A stretch of DNA of 63,982 bases, taken from Sphyrna mokarran (taxonomy: Eukaryota). The stretch lies in assembly GCA_024679065.1 (NCBI GenBank), contig JAGIQG010000040.1, positions 6,882,019 through 6,946,000 on the forward strand, given 5' to 3'. Below are positions 1 to 11,411 of this stretch, in pieces. Made by a program: the position numbers and the translations under genes. The notes under the pieces are model-generated. The model searched no databases and was not told the origin of the DNA. It saw only the letters and a list, made by a program, of their open reading frames with translations. Position 1 is the first letter of the stretch. Each line of letters starts with the position of its first letter.

Positions 1-990
1 CTGAGGCACACCACTCGTCACCGAACTCCACGATGAATATCTCCCATCAACCACCACCCTCTGTCTTCTATCTGCCAGCCAATTCCTAATCCAATTAGCT
101 AAATCACCCTCTATTCCACACATCTGCATTTTCTGTAGAAGTCTTCCATGGGCCACCTTATCAAACGCCTTACTAAAGTCCATATATACTACATCAACCG
201 CCTTACCCCCATCCACCTCTCTGGTCACTTTCTCAAAAAACTCAATGAGGTTAGTAAGGCATGACCTACCCTTCACGAAACCATGCTGACTATCCCCAAT
301 CAATTCATTTCTCTCTAAATAACTATAAATCCTATCCCTAATAATTCTCTCCAATACCTTGCCCCCACAACAGAAGTAAGACTCACTGGCCTATAATTCC
401 CAGGAAGGTCTCTCTTCCCCTTCTTAAACATGGGACCACATTCGCCATCCTCCAGTCCTCCGGAACCACACCCGTAACCAACGAGGACCTGAAGATCAGA
501 GCCAGAGGCTCTGCAATCTCCTCTCTTGCCTCCCAGAGAATCCTAGGGTAAATCCCGTCCGGCCCAGGGGACTTATCCCACTTCAAACCCTCGAGAATTT
601 CTAACACATCCTCCCTATCTACTACAATACTCCCCAATTTGCAACCCTGCACCTCAGTGCTCTCCACAGCTACATTTCCAGCACTCTGCGTGAATACCGA
701 AGAGAAATATTTATTCAGTGCCTCACCAATCTCTTCAGGCTCCACGCACAACTTCCCACTGCTGTCTATGACTGGCCCTAATCTTGCCCTAACCACTCTT
801 CTATTCTTAACATATCGAAAGAAAGCTTTAGGATTCTCCTTAATCCTATCAGCCACCATCTTCTCGTGTCCCCTCTTAGCTCTCCTCAATTCACTTTTTA
901 CCTCCTTCCTAGCTAATCTATAGCTATCCATTGCACTACCTGAGCCTTCAAGCCTCATCCTGACATAAGCCTCCTTTTTCTTCTTAACCA
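1..990 (-). mobile_element. CR1-clade LINE ORF2 fragment, young family (continues beyond the left window edge)
   Basis: ORF 383-958 (KSPGPDGIYPRIL, VPEDWRMANVVP). Near-identical reverse complement of 15982-16969 of the long CR1 copy. Confidence 0.95.
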
Positions 991-1468
991 GTTTTATACA
1001 ACTGCAACATTAAAGGCCAGCTCTTGTATTCTATACCCCTTCCTATAAAGGCTAACATGTGCTTTCTTTACAACCTCATTTCCTCTTCACCTATTTTTCT
1101 GCCTCCCCACTCCTGCAGCTTCCATCCATCTCCATCTCACTTTCTCCTGCTCCCTACTTTATTGTTTCTTTCTCAATCTATGTTTCTGAATCTTGCTGCA
1201 CATGGCACTTTCTATTGCATTTTTTTATGCGTTACTGTATGCCATTACCCCTCAGCCAGTTGCACAGTCTAAATTCACCTTTCAGCATGTGTTTCATATC
1301 AGCATCTTGCCAAGCTGCAGAATTATAGTTCACATTCAACAAAACTCAGTAAAAACAAAAATTGCCAGGCTAACTGTTCTCATTCACATTAAAATACTCG
1401 TTATAAACAAAATCATTACCACTAAAGCCTGCCTTTGATTCGGGATTTATGTTAATTTCCATTGGCAG

Positions 1469-1768
1469 AAATCATAGTATTTCTCAGAGAACCCTCACTT
1501 GAAGAAATTTGGATAAAGAAAACTGTCACGCTCATTTGTGAAGCGGTATCCACAGTTCCCAGTGTGGTTGGGATCTCTTGGACAGTGGATGGTAAGAAAA
1601 GGACCGAAGGTGTTCAAACTGAAGGACCTCAACAAGGAAACAAGTATCTGACCATTAGCCGCTTGACCAGCAGTGTGGAGGAGTGGGATCGTGGGGCTGA
1701 ATACAGCTGTTCAGCACAACAGAGCGAATCATCGACTTCAGTCTCAAAACGAACACGAAAGTTAAAAG
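1469..1768 (+). CDS. IgW: Ig heavy-chain constant exon, probable IgW CH3 (homologous to IgNAR C2)
   Basis: ttccattggcag acceptor, G|gtgagt donor, phase 1 at both ends, 300 bp. C1-set motifs EPSLEEIW, TLICE, ISW, SRLTSSVEEW, EYSCSA. Confidence 0.9.
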
Positions 1769-1856
1769 GTGAGTTATAGCACGATGAGCAAACACAATCA
1801 TTCTTTTCTTAATGACAATGGAGAGATGGAAATCACTGGTTATTATTCTGTTGCAG

Positions 1857-2174
1857 TCAAGCTATCGAAGCCCAATCTCCAACTCCTGCCTCCATCAGCA
1901 GAGGAGCTTCAAAGTTCCAGCGTCGCTACTCTCACTTGTTTGATAAGAGGATTCTACCCGGACAAAATATCCATTTCCTGGGAGAAGAACGGAGCTGTTT
2001 TGAGCTCGAACATCACTCGTTTCCCCACTGCTCTGGAACAAGACCAGACCTTCAGCACAAGCAGCCTCCTCTTTTTACCGGCAGGGGAGTGGAAGACAGG
2101 AGCAAGATACACCTGTGCCGCTTCACATCTGGCTACAAAATTCACCGGAAAGAAGACGATCAACAGCCCGAAAG
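1857..2174 (+). CDS. IgW: Ig heavy-chain constant exon, probable IgW CH4 (homologous to IgNAR C3)
   Basis: ttctgttgcag acceptor after an 88-bp intron, G|gtaagc donor, phase 1. Motifs LLPPSAEE, ATLTCLIRGFYP, ISW, FSTSSLL, EW, YTCAASH. Confidence 0.9.
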
Positions 2175-2729
2175 GTAAGCACAGTTTGTTGGAATTTTTC
2201 TTTTCAAAAATAAGACTTTTCACTTAATCCGGCGACAATGTCCAAAAGTAAATATACTGACGAGCAGATCGAATTCGGGCCCGGCAAATCCAAAATGTTT
2301 GGACACCAATTAATGTGTCTTCTCCTCGGAAAGGAGATGATAGTCAATACTCAATCGGTAGGCTCAAGCAAACTACCTGAGAATCCAGTAAAGTGAACAG
2401 AGGACAATGTTTGTTAGCTAATTTGCAGTTTTCTGCTGATGAAAACATGCTTTGACACAGTGCATTAAGACAATGAAGGCACCGCCCGATGAGGAAGGAG
2501 ACGTTACCACCTCTCTCTTCCATACTGAACTTACTGTTTTAACGCAGCACAATACTATGTGCTCCAATTCAGCTAACTGAAACTCAGAATGCAACCAGCT
2601 GTTATGGAATTCAATCAAATAATAGAAAGAAATGTACACATTTCTAATCTTCCAAGTTCAGTAACAAGTGGGATAGATGTCACAGGGTCTAATCAAATAC
2701 AGTTTTCATGCCCTAAAACTTAATCAAGT

Positions 2730-3767
2730 CACCAATGTTTTTGATCAGAAAAGGTAGAGCAGTTGATATCATATACGTGGATTTTAGGAAAGCATTTGAT
2801 AATGTTCCCCATGTTAGGCTCATGAAGAAGATAAGGATGTGTGGGATAGAAGGAAATTCGGTCGATTGGATAAGTAACTGGCTGTATCACAGAAGACAAA
2901 GGGTGTCTGGAATGAAAATTTTCAAACTGGAGGCCAGTTGCCAGGATGTACCACAAGGGTCAGTGCTGGGTCCTCTGCTATTTGTGATTTTTATCAATGA
3001 CTTGAAAGAGGGAACTGAAGGGTGGGTTAGTAAATTTGCTGACGACATCAAAACTAGTGGAGCAGTCGATGAAGTGGAAGGTTCTTGCAGGCTGCAAAGA
3101 GACATTGATAGGATGCAGAGCTGGCTGAAAATTGGCAGATGGCATTTAACCCTATTAAATGTGAGGTGATTCATTTTGGTAGGACAAACTTGAATACAGA
3201 TTACAGGATCAATGGCAGGCTTCTAAGGAATGTAGGAGAACAGAGAGATCTTGGGGTTCATATCCATTCAGTGGATAGAGCTGCGAAGAAGGCTTATAGT
3301 ATGTTAGCGTTTATTAACAGGGGGTTTGAGTTTAAGAGCCGTGGGGTTATGCTACAACTATACCGGACATTGGTGAGAACACATTTGGAATATTGTGCTC
3401 AGTTGTGGTCACCTGACTATAAGAAGGATTTGGAAGGATTGGAGAGAGTGCAGAGGAGATATACCAGGATGCTGCCTGGTTTGGAGGGAAGGTCTTCTGA
3501 GGAAAGTTTGAGGGAGCTGGGGCTTTTCTCTTTGGAGTGGAGGAAGATGAGAGGCGACTTAATAGAGGTTTACAAGATTATGAGTGGGATTGATAGACTG
3601 GACATGCAGAGACTATTTTCTCGGGTGGATGTAGATATTACTAAGGGGGCATAACTAAGGTTCATGGTGGGATGTTTAGGAGGGATGTCCGAGGTAGATT
3701 CTTTATTCAGAGAGTGGCTAGGCTGTGGACTAGACTGCCTGTTGTGATAGTGGAGTCGGACACTTTA
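2730..3767 (+). mobile_element. Degenerate CR1 LINE, RT C-terminal half
   Basis: Frameshifted ORFs 2735-3169 ([19 protein letters not shown]) and 3139-3654. Confidence 0.9.
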
Positions 3768-4645
3768 ACAAAGAACAAAGAACAACACCGCATGGGAGAC
3801 AGGCCCTTTGGCCCAACGAGCCCGTGCCGTCATATTAACATCGTGAGTTCCCATTTCCACCCGTGACCCTTGTCTATGTTTATGGAAATCCGCATTGGAG
3901 CCAAACTGGGGAGACAATTTACGGACAATGTGTTTCGCCAATCAGCCTAAGAGCACATCATTGGGCTGTTGGAGAAAACCAGAGCACCATGCAATGCGCA
4001 AACTCCCACAGATATCGGCCCAAATCCATATATCTGCACAACAAACAGTGAAAGTCACTGAGCTGTCGTCTTGCCCATCAACTGGTCCAGTTTAAGCGTA
4101 CACTAACGACGTGAAACACCAGGCTACTCTCGAAAAATCCAAGAGCAGCCCTCTCACGACCCATCGTGTGTATGCCCCTTGTTGGACAACTAGGCAGATC
4201 AAAACACCTGTAGGATAAAAGAGAAAAACATCAATAACATGCACATCTTATGCATTTCCCAGGAGCGTCCCAAGACCCATGATCCCTATTTAAAACAGTC
4301 TTCCGTATCCATCCCTATTCCGCTCATGTGCCTGTCTAAATATCCCTTAAATAACTCCAGCGTGCCTGCCTCCACCAGCTTACTTGGCAGTGCATTCCAT
4401 ACCCCCGCAATCCTCTGTGTGAAAAACCTCTAACATCCAAATTATACTTTGCCCCCTCACCCTAAGCACGTGGCCTCTCGTGATATTTGATTCCAACCTC
4501 AGAAAAAGCTTCCCACTGTTTACTCTATCTATACCCTTCATAATCTTGTACACCTCTATTAGATCTCCTCTCAGTCTCCGTCTTTCTAAAGAAAACAGCC
4601 CCAATTTGCCTAACCTTTCCTCGTAACCCAGACCTTCCATACCAT
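3768..4645 (-). mobile_element. 5'-truncated CR1 with composite 3' UTR (R2-like UTR segment + HE1-like SINE + CR1-type tail), copy A
   Basis: ORF 4380-4640 is a CR1 ORF2 C-terminus. 4055-4225 is homologous to 5575-5755 and to 24035-24210. (GTTCTTT)n-type tail at 3768-3785. Confidence 0.8.
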
Positions 4646-6067
4646 ACTTTAGGAACTTTCAAGTGGTTATTGGATTGGCACACGGAGCACACCAGAATGA
4701 TAAGGAGGGGATAGCTTGATCTTGGGATTGAACGTAGCTTGGAAGAACATTGAGAGCCGAATGTTCTATGTTCTATTTTGTTGGTGCTCTGTTGTTTCAA
4801 ATTAATCGATGGGTCATTATATTTCAGTCAAATTTCCAAACTTTTCATGGCTCCTTCCCCTACGAATGTTTTATGTTGACACCAATTAAGGAAAACAAAT
4901 ATTTAAAAAAAGCCTGCTGTTCTAAAAATGTTTTCAGAAACAGACAGAGTTAGCGATCCATGTGTGCAAATCAGTGAGGAATGCCGGAAAGGTTGAGAAA
5001 ATTGTTAAAGATATATAAATCTCAATAGAAAACACAGAACTAGATGGAAATGTAAATTATGTTGAGGACACACATAGGCTGCAATGAGGTACACAGGAAG
5101 TGAACACCAATTGGGTGAAGGTGAGTAATGTAAGGAATTGTGGAGAAATTAATTTTGGCAAGAACACGAGAAAATTAAACTTTTTCTAAGTCACATAATT
5201 AGCGAATATGAGTTTCTGTACTGACTAAGGTACATTCTTACCATGAATTCAGAAAGTTATCGTTCAGATCGAGGAAGCAGTTAATAAAGAACAAAACAGC
5301 GCGGGAAACAGGCTTTTCGGCCCAACGAGCCCACGCCGCCAACCCGATGTTCCCACCTCTACCCGCGTTCCCTGTCCATGTTTATAGATATATGGATTAA
5401 AAAAACAAATTTGAGACAATTTAGGGAGAATTTGTTTTGCCAATTAGCTTAAGAGCACATCTTTGGGACGTGGGAGGAAACTGGAGTACCCGGAGAAAAC
5501 CCACGCAAGCACGGGGAGAATGTGCAAACTCCTACAGACACAGGCCCAAATCCATGTATCTGCACAGCACAGCGATAGTCACTGAGCTGTCATGTTGCCC
5601 ATCAAATGGTCCAGGTCAAGCGTACACGAACGACGTGAAGCACTAGGATACTCTCGAAAAAAAAATCCAAGAGCAGCCCTCTCACGACCCATCGCGTATA
5701 TGCCCCTCGTTAGACAACAAGGTGGACCAAAGCACCTGCAGGATAAAAACAAGTACATCAATATCATCATCTATTTACACACTTTCCAGGGACTCCCAAG
5801 GCTCATGATCTCTATTTTAAATCAGTTTTCTATACCCCTCCATTCCTATTCTGTTCATGTGCCCATCTAAGTATTTCTTAAATAACTCCAGAGTACCTGC
5901 CTCCACCACTTTACTTGGCAGCGCATTCCATACCCCCAACACACTTTGTGCGAAAAAAACTCCCTCTAGCATCCAAATTATACCTTACCCCCCTCACCCT
6001 AAGCCCGTGACCCCTCGTGCTATTCGAGTCCATCCTGGGAAAGACCTTAACCCTGTTTACTCTATCT

Positions 6068-6858
6068 ATAGAACATACAGCATAGAACATTACAGCACAG
6101 AACAGGCCCTTCGGCCTTCGATGTTGCGCCGACCAATATAAAAAGCAATGCCCCTCCAAACTAACCATTCCCTTCTCTTCCATATACTTATCAACTAACC
6201 TCTTAAACGCCACCAAACTTGGCGCATCTACAACTGCTGCAGGCAGGGCATTCCACTCCCGAACCACCCTTTGGGTAAAGAACCTACCTCTGATATCCGT
6301 CCTATAACTATCCCCCCTTAATTTAAAGCTGTGTCCCCTCGTGCTAGCTTTCCCCATCCTAGGAAAAAGGCTATCACTGTCCACCCTATCTAAACCTCTA
6401 ATCATCTTATATGTTTCAATAAGGTCTCCTCTTAGCCTCCTTCTTTCTAACGAAAACAACCTCAAATCCCTCAGCCTCTCTTCATAAGACCTGCCCTCCA
6501 TACCAGCAACATCCTGGTAAACCTCCTCTGTACCCTCTCCAATGCCTCCACATCTTTCTTATAATGTGGGGACCAGAACTGCACACAATACTCCAAGTGC
6601 GGCCGCACTAGAGTTTTGTAAAGTTGCAACATGACGTTGCGGCTCCGAAATTCAATCCCTCTACCAATAAAAGCCAAGACTCCATATGCCTTCCTAACAA
6701 CCTTCTCGCCCTGACTGCCTACTTTCAGGGATCTATGCACATACACACCAAGATCCCTCTGTTCATCTAGACTACTAAGAATCCTACCATTTGCCCTATA
6801 CTCTACACATTTATTATTCCTGCCATAGTGCATTACCTCACACTTTTCCACATTAAAC
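6068..6858 (-). mobile_element. Young 5'-truncated CR1 nested in older CR1
   Basis: Matches the reverse complement of ~17157-17950. (ATGTTCT)n-type tail at 6068-6090. Host LINE continues on both sides (ctata microhomology). Confidence 0.9.
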
Positions 6859-8110
6859 CCTATACCCCTCATAATCTTGTACACCTCTATTAGATCTCCT
6901 CTAAGTCTACGTCTTTCTAAGGAAAACAGTCCCAATTTGCCTAACCTCGCCTCGTAACTCAGACCTTCCATACCAGGCAGCATCCTGGTAAACCTCATCT
7001 GCACTCTCTCCAGATTCTCCACGTCCTTCAGGTAGTAGGGTGACCAGAACTGGATGTAGTATTCCAAATGAGGTCTAACCAACCTTTATACAACTGCAAC
7101 ATTAAAGGCCAGCTCTTGTATTCTATATCCCTTCCTACAAAGGCTAACATACTATATGCTTTCTTCTCAACCTTCTCCACTTGCTTTGCCACCTTCAGAG
7201 ACTTGTTCACCTGCACCCTCAGGTCCCTCTGCATTTCTATACTCTTAATAGGTCTACCCTTTATCATATACCCCCCTACATTCTTTCTCCCAAAATGCAT
7301 TACCTCACATTTATCAGGATTGAATTCCATCTGCTATCTGTCTCCCCAAGCTACCAGCCTATCTATGTCCTGCTGCATCGCCTGACAATGCTCCTCACTA
7401 TCCGCAAGTCCAACCATCTTTGTATCGTCTGCAAACTTGCTGGTCACTCCACTTACTCCCTCTTCCAAGTCATTTATATATATTACAAATAGTAGAAGTC
7501 CCAGTACCGAGCCCTGCGGCACACCACTAGTGACCAACCTCCAGCTAGAAAAACACCCTTCCACTATTACTCTCTGTCTCCTATTACCAAGCCAGTTACT
7601 TATCCATCTAGCTACCTGTCCTTGTATCCCATTTGCCTTGACCTCCTCAACTAACCTCCCATGAGGGACTTTGTCAAACGCCTTACTAAAATCCATATAG
7701 ACGGCATCAACAGCTCGCCCTTCGTCCACTGTTTTCGTCACCTCCTCAAAAAATTCTACCAGATTTGTAAGGCACGGCCTCCCCTTAACAAAGCCATGCT
7801 GCGTATCCCTAATCAGATCTCAACGCTCTAAGTGCCTATACATCCTATCTCTAAGAATCCCCTCCAACAGCTTCCCTACCACTGACATCAAACTCACCAG
7901 CCTATAATTTCCAGGGTTATCCCTACTACCTGTTTAAACAACGGTACAACATTGGCTATTCTCCAGTCCTCTGGGACCTCACCTGTGTCCAAGGAAGAGA
8001 CAAAGATTTGCGTCAGAGGCCCAGCAATTTCACCTCGCACCTCCCTAAGCAGTCTGGGATAAATACCATCAGGCCCCGGAGATTTATCAGTTTTAATGCT
8101 ACCTAGAAGC

Positions 8111-8496
8111 ATTGAAACATATTGCCTTATTGAAACATATTACCTTATTGAAACATATAAGATGATTAGAGGTTTAGATAGGGTGGACAGTGATAGCCTT
8201 TTTCCTACGATGGAGAAAGCTAGCACGAGAGGACACAGCTTTAAATTAAGGGGTGGTAGTTATAGGACGGATGTCAGAGGTAGGTTCTTTACCCAGAGGG
8301 TGGTAAGGGTATGGAATGCCCTGCCTGCTGCAGTTGTAGATGCACAAGTTTGGTGGCGTTAAGAGGTTAGTAGATAAGTTTATGGACGAAAAGGGAATGG
8401 TTTAGGTTAGAGGGTCATTGCTTTTTCCTAATTGGTCAGCGCAACATCGAAGGCTGAAGGGCCTGTTCTGCGCTGTAATGTTCCACGTTCTATGTT
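8111..8496 (+). mobile_element. Young 5'-truncated CR1 3' end with 8-bp TSD
   Basis: TSD ctagaagc at 8103-8110 and 8497-8504. 5' end has three tandem attgaaacatat units. Confidence 0.9.
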
Positions 8497-9124
8497 CTAG
8501 AAGCTCTAACACTTCTTCACTGGATATGGATATTTCCCTCAACTGGTCCACAGCTCCCTCAGAGACAGGAGCTGTCAACAAGCCCCTCTCCTTCGTGAAT
8601 ACCGACGCAAAGTATTCATTTAGGATCTCTGCCATTCCCTCGGGCTCTAAGCACATTTCCCCTCCTCTGTCCCTAAGAGGTCCGATTTTTCCTCTAACCA
8701 CCCTTCTATTCCTAACATAGGAGTAAAAAGCCTTTGGGTTTTCCTTAATCCTATCCGCCAAAATCATTTCATGCCCCCTTTTTGCTCTTCTAACTCCCCG
8801 TTTGAGCTCCCCCCTACTCTCTCTATATTCCTTCAACGCTGTCTCCGTTCCCAACTGTTTTGACCTATCATACGCCTCTCTTTTCTTCCTAACCAAATCC
8901 TCAATATCCCAGTTCTGAGGAAAACCAAATTTTCCGGCCTCCCCACCATGTGGTCTTGGCAGCTCGAGGTGACACATTGTTTGCGAGTGATGGGATTCTC
9001 ATATCCCTCTGCTGTGAATGGGGAATCCCATTGGCGTTACACCACGCCAGTAGGAAACCCGCAGTCATAGTTGCACTGCTGGGGGCACCGGAGAATACTG
9101 CTTAAATGAGCAGTAATTCCAGCT

Positions 9125-9720
9125 GTCCTTTATTTCGATGACACTGGAGTGGAGAATATAACCAAGTTTAACTGCAATTCTATGGGCTTTGTTGACATTT
9201 CGCCTCTTTTGTTGTGTTTTACTTTTCCCATTTCAGGAAGGACATACTTACAATGTGTATGTTATTATGAAGATTCACAAACAGGTTTCATAGAATCAGA
9301 GTGTGTATGAATGATGAGAGATTGAGTAAATTTGAACTATGCGCTCAGGAGTAGAATGCCAAATTATAACGCCATAATCGATTCTGAAAAGATTTCAGAC
9401 AGACGCTGAGAGGGTCCTTTCCTTGGTGGGGATCTGCAGAATGTGGGTGCACAATTTAAGATAACAGGGGTTGTTCATTTGAACTGAGATGAAGAATATT
9501 TAATCAGATAAAGGGTTCTAACTTTTTTGTAATTCCCTATGGCAGAGGCTTGTGGATGCTTCATCTTCCACCAGATCTTACGTTCACATAGGCGAAGTGT
9601 TGGTCTCTCAAGGTGATCAAAGGCCTGTGTTTGTGGGCAGGGAGGTGAAGTCCACAACAGGGATCCTTGTCATATTGAATGATAGCAGAGAGTTGAAATA
9701 TCGAATGGTCTTCTCCCCCT
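9125..9720 (+). mobile_element. Old, highly decayed CR1 3' end hosting the candidate secretory exon
   Basis: LINE frame reads HFRKDILTMCMLL*RFTNRFHRIRVCMNDERLSKFELCAQE, colinear with CR1 ORF2 HY(K/R)KDVEALERVQRRFTRMLPGMEGxSYEERL..L.L.SLE. Downstream cacaatttaagataa and tgaactgagatgaag, and a CR1-type 3' UTR near 9660-9720. Confidence 0.75.
9237..9310 (+). CDS. IgW: Candidate interspersed IgW secretory tailpiece exon (GRTYLQCVCYYEDSQTGFIESECV*)
   Basis: Very strong polypyrimidine acceptor (ttttacttttcccatttcag). In phase 1, matching the C-exon donors, it gives a 24-aa Cys-rich tail with penultimate Cys, then TGA. It lies after an even-numbered C exon, as expected for the interspersed Sec exons of shark IgW. 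No canonical AATAAA seen nearby. Confidence 0.65.
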
Positions 9721-9721
9721 C

Positions 9722-10030
9722 ATAGAATCAAAGAATCCCTACAGTACAGAAGAATACCATTCAGCCCATTGAGTCTGCATCAACCACAAACCCAACAATG
9801 CTCTATTCTTGTAACCCTACACATATACCCTGCTAATCCCCTGACACCAGGGTCAATTTACCACGGTCAATGAACCCAACCTACACATCTTTTGACTATA
9901 GGAGGGAAGTGGAGCACCCGGAGGAATCTCACACAAACATGGGAAGAATGTGCAAACTCAATAGGGATAGTGATCTGAAGCCAGAATTGAACTTGCCTAT
10001 CTGGCGCTGTGAGGCAGCAGTGCTGACTAC
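9722..10030 (-). mobile_element. HE1/V-type tRNA-derived SINE
   Basis: Diagnostic core (g)gagcacccggaggaa...tgtgcaaactc and gaggcagcagtgct. Tail repeat catagaatc. Confidence 0.85.
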
Positions 10031-10676
10031 ACCTGGTGTTCTTATTCCTTGGCCAGAGATATGTCTAATCTAGATTTAAATGGCTTATTTCCCATTTTGG
10101 TTAGTATTGCTGTATCATTGTCATTGAACGGGTGGTATGCAATGTAGTACAGAAGGCCCGCCCATTTTCAGACATATAAATGTTGAGAACCACAGGGTCA
10201 GACATACCATCATAATAACATATATATGGCCATCTACATTTGAAAACAAATATGTTTGATTTACTTAAAAATTCCAGCAATGTTCATTCTGAACTTAAAT
10301 GGCACTTGCTTTCCTCTTTAATTTTACCAAAATCTAGGCGTGTCAAATAATGAGGCATATCTGCAAAATTATTTGGAGGGCAAGTCTTTTAGGGGTTTAA
10401 TCTCAGCTGAAATGTAAGGAACTTTTAGTTTACTTTATCTGAACATGTGATTGCACATATGTATTCATTGGGAAGTGATTGAAATGAACCATAAGAAGGA
10501 AATTAATGCGTCAAGGAGGACATAGAAACTCATAAGCTCAGCTGCAACAAGATTTTGAAACCTCAAAGCATATTGCAGTAAATATTTTCCACATTTTTTT
10601 TGTTAGCATGTAGTAGTTGTTGCCAACAGTGATTTCAACATGAAACCTTAAAATAACCCTTCACACTACTTTCTAG

Positions 10677-10991
10677 TTGATTGCTACGAGGAAGACATTT
10701 CCATAAATATATTGAATCCTTCATTTGAGGAAATTTGGGTCCAAAAGACAGCAACAATTGTTTGTGAAATCAGTTACACTGTGTTAGAGAACGTCAGTGT
10801 CTCCTGGCAAGTGGATGGAAGAATGAGAACGGAAGGAGTTGAGACCCAAACTCCTGAATGGAGTGGAAGTAAAACAACGATCATGAGTCAACTGAAAGTC
10901 ACAGCAGCAGAATGGGACACTGGGGTGGAATATGTCTGCCTCGCAGAAGGAAGTGAATTATCAAAGAAACGGTCTACTCGGAAAATAAAGG
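10677..10991 (+). CDS. IgW: Ig heavy-chain constant exon, probable IgW CH5 (homologous to IgNAR C4)
   Basis: actactttctag acceptor, G|gtaagc donor, phase 1. Reads VDCYEEDISINILNPSFEEIW...ATIVCEI...VSW...EW...EYVCL, with an extra N-terminal Cys (VDC). Confidence 0.9.
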
Positions 10992-11411
10992 GTAAGCGGA
11001 GATAATACTCGTTCAGAGACTGGTCCAATTATCAATGGTGTTCAACGAAAACAAAAATCTGGTTCTATTATTAAATGCTCGTATAATACACTTCACATAG
11101 TCCCGGAACCCAATAGTCGCCACATGGATAAAAATGCAACATATGAGAATCTGCTGAGCTGCAAACCCAAAAAGTGTCCTTACCTTTAAAAGTTATTTCT
11201 CTAATCTGTTCAAATTAACATCAAACTACAACGAGTTAACGAATATTAATGATACTCATGAACGATGAAATATGTCTTAAAACTCTGAGGGATAGGACGC
11301 ATTACACATTTGCAGTACATGATATTTCTAAAAGACGTAACCGGATAGAAAAAAAAAGAAGGAATAAAAAGATTTGGTTTACGCAATGTATGCATTTTTC
11401 TCTTTTTATAG

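Larger units (their letters stand above)
5285..8910 (-). mobile_element. CR1 LINE with composite 3' UTR, copy B, interrupted by two younger CR1 insertions
   Basis: RT fragments in ORFs 8402-8977, 7894-8112, 7334-7741 (FADD), 7028-7330. The sequence resumes colinearly across the inserts at 6068-6858 and 8111-8496. Confidence 0.85.

Noticed and set aside
8915-9122. GC-richer, weakly palindromic stretch, possibly a MITE-like shark repeat
   Set aside because: No convincing terminal inverted repeats or TSD visible. Left end is truncated by a LINE.
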